DNA from: Dehalococcoidia bacterium
Lineage (GTDB): Bacteria > Chloroflexota > Dehalococcoidia > Plut-88900
NCBI GenBank assembly: GCA_965249275.1
Contig: CBDFLQ010000007.1
Location: forward strand, 992,001 to 1,056,000
Direction of reading: 5' to 3'
DNA: 64,000 bases
Of the stretch, positions 62,644-64,000 are shown one piece after another; positions within the stretch are counted from its first letter, which is position 1, and every line of letters begins with the position of its first letter. Below the pieces are notes generated by a model. That model was given only the letters and a program-made list of their open reading frames with translations, made no database searches and was not told the origin of the DNA. The translations under genes and the position numbers were made by a program.

Positions 62644-64000
62644 ATGTCCGATTTTGATACAGTAATTCGCAATGGAACAATAGTAGATGGTAGCGGACTT
62701 CCTGCCTACAAAGCAGATTTGGGTATCAAGAATGGCACAATTGCCCAAATCAGCGGTCGAATAAATACGAACAGCAAAAGGGAAATCGATGCCACAGGAT
62801 GTATTGTAGCGCCAGGGGCCGTGGAGATACACGGCCACTACGACGCTCAAATTCAGTGGGATCCATACTGCACCTCATCAGGTTGGCATGGAGTGACCAC
62901 CGTCACCATCGGGGGGTGTGGATTTGGATGGGCGCCCTGCAAACCGGAAAACAGAGACGCCTACCTGGCGATGCTGAGCCGGGTAATGTCACTCCCTGTA
63001 GAGTCGCTGCGGAAATGGATGCGTTGGGATTGGGTTACTTTTCCAGAATACTTAGACAGCATAGATAAGCAGGGACTGGGTGTAAACGTGGCCTCTCTCG
63101 TTCCTTTCTCACCTTTAAGGGCCCACGTTATGGGTCCGGATGAGTCAAGGCAAAGAACTTCGATGACGGATACGGAACTGGAGGAGATGAAGGCATTGTT
63201 CCGCCTTGGTATGGAAGCAGGTGCTTGGGGTTTCTCGGGTCACAAGAGCCTAGAGGACCGAGCAGGAGATGGAGGCTATCTACCCACCCACTTAGGTTCA
63301 AATGAGGAATATCTAGCGCTGGCAGAGATACTGGGTGAGTATGGGATAGGACACATCTTCTGGACAAGAGGTGAAATGGAGGGAACACCCAAAGAAGGGG
63401 AGGAATTTATCAGGGAGTTGACCCGAGTCAGTGGGAGACCAGTGCAGTGGCTCGGAATCATACAGCATAAGGAAGGCGACCAAGACGAGTGGAAAGAGCT
63501 TCTTGAGTGGACTGAAGAAAACCATACATTAGGGCTTCCCATCTATGCTCAGACCAGTTCTATATCCTTGGATATGCAGTTCCGCCTGGTCGACTTTAAC
63601 TTCTTCGATCACATTCCTAGTTGGGTCCAACCTCTGGTGGGCACGGCTGAAGAGCGTATGGCTAAACTCCGCAAGCCTGAAGTAAGGGAAGCGATGAAGA
63701 AGGATGTTGATGAAGGCCGGACAGGAGACTTCCACAACAACTGGAACAGGGTCATGGTTGTAAAGACCGCTAGGGACCGCAACCGTAAATATGACGGTCT
63801 TAGCGTAGGTGAGGTTGCCAATATGATGGGCAAGCACCCGGTGGACGCCCTGCTTGATCTGGCTCTTGATGAAGACTTGCTCACTGAGTTGGCGTTTCCC
63901 TGTTTCGTTAATTCCGAGCCGAACGCAACCGCTGAGATTCTCAATCATCCGGGTACGCATCCAGCTATATCTGATGGCGGAGCGCACTTCAGTTTCGTCC
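62644..64000 (+). CDS. N-acyl-D-amino-acid deacylase family amidohydrolase (runs off the window; absent from the ORF track)
   Basis: RBS GAGGAGG; MSDFDTVIRNGTIVDGSG...VAPGAVEIHGHYDAQ..WDP...HGVTTV...SDGGAH; open to the end of the window. Confidence 0.9.
   Translation, partial: MSDFDTVIRNGTIVDGSGLPAYKADLGIKNGTIAQISGRINTNSKREIDATGCIVAPGAVEIHGHYDAQIQWDPYCTSSGWHGVTTVTIGGCGFGWAPCKPENRDAYLAMLSRVMSLPVESLRKWMRWDWVTFPEYLDSIDKQGLGVNVASLVPFSPLRAHVMGPDESRQRTSMTDTELEEMKALFRLGMEAGAWGFSGHKSLEDRAGDGGYLPTHLGSNEEYLALAEILGEYGIGHIFWTRGEMEGTPKEGEEFIRELTRVSGRPVQWLGIIQHKEGDQDEWKELLEWTEENHTLGLPIYAQTSSISLDMQFRLVDFNFFDHIPSWVQPLVGTAEERMAKLRKPEVREAMKKDVDEGRTGDFHNNWNRVMVVKTARDRNRKYDGLSVGEVANMMGKHPVDALLDLALDEDLLTELAFPCFVNSEPNATAEILNHPGTHPAISDGGAHFSFV

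Overview
A GC-rich bacterial window whose gene content points to Chloroflexota, class Dehalococcoidia, SAR202-like (inferred from an 11-subunit complex I operon, a DUF5679 mini-protein and many LLM, amidohydrolase, Rieske and CoA-transferase paralogues). Three zones. (1) 1-10 kb: catabolic genes, a triple-RidA fusion, and a complete IS481 inserted in a REP/dRS3-like palindrome. (2) 10-28.8 kb core: nuoABCDHIJK-orf-LMN, vapBC, a formyltransferase, nadK, NUDIX, greA, lysS, serS, a solute-binding protein and tRNA-Ser(TGA). (3) 28.8-60 kb accessory region: a decayed P4-type integrase element at the tRNA, then short catabolic or transport modules and many gene fragments. oppDF and a truncated D-aminoacylase-family gene end the window. 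The most unusual signal is a family of degenerate ~50-bp sites with the symmetry of serine-integrase attachment sites (best copy AAAGTTCG-N16-GG-N16-CGAACTTT). All lie on the + strand, often in ~100-bp tandem arrays, at junctions between unrelated modules, which suggests an integron-like cassette system. Also found: a probable selenocysteine peroxiredoxin with a SECIS-like hairpin. All family assignments and alignments were done by eye, with no database searches.
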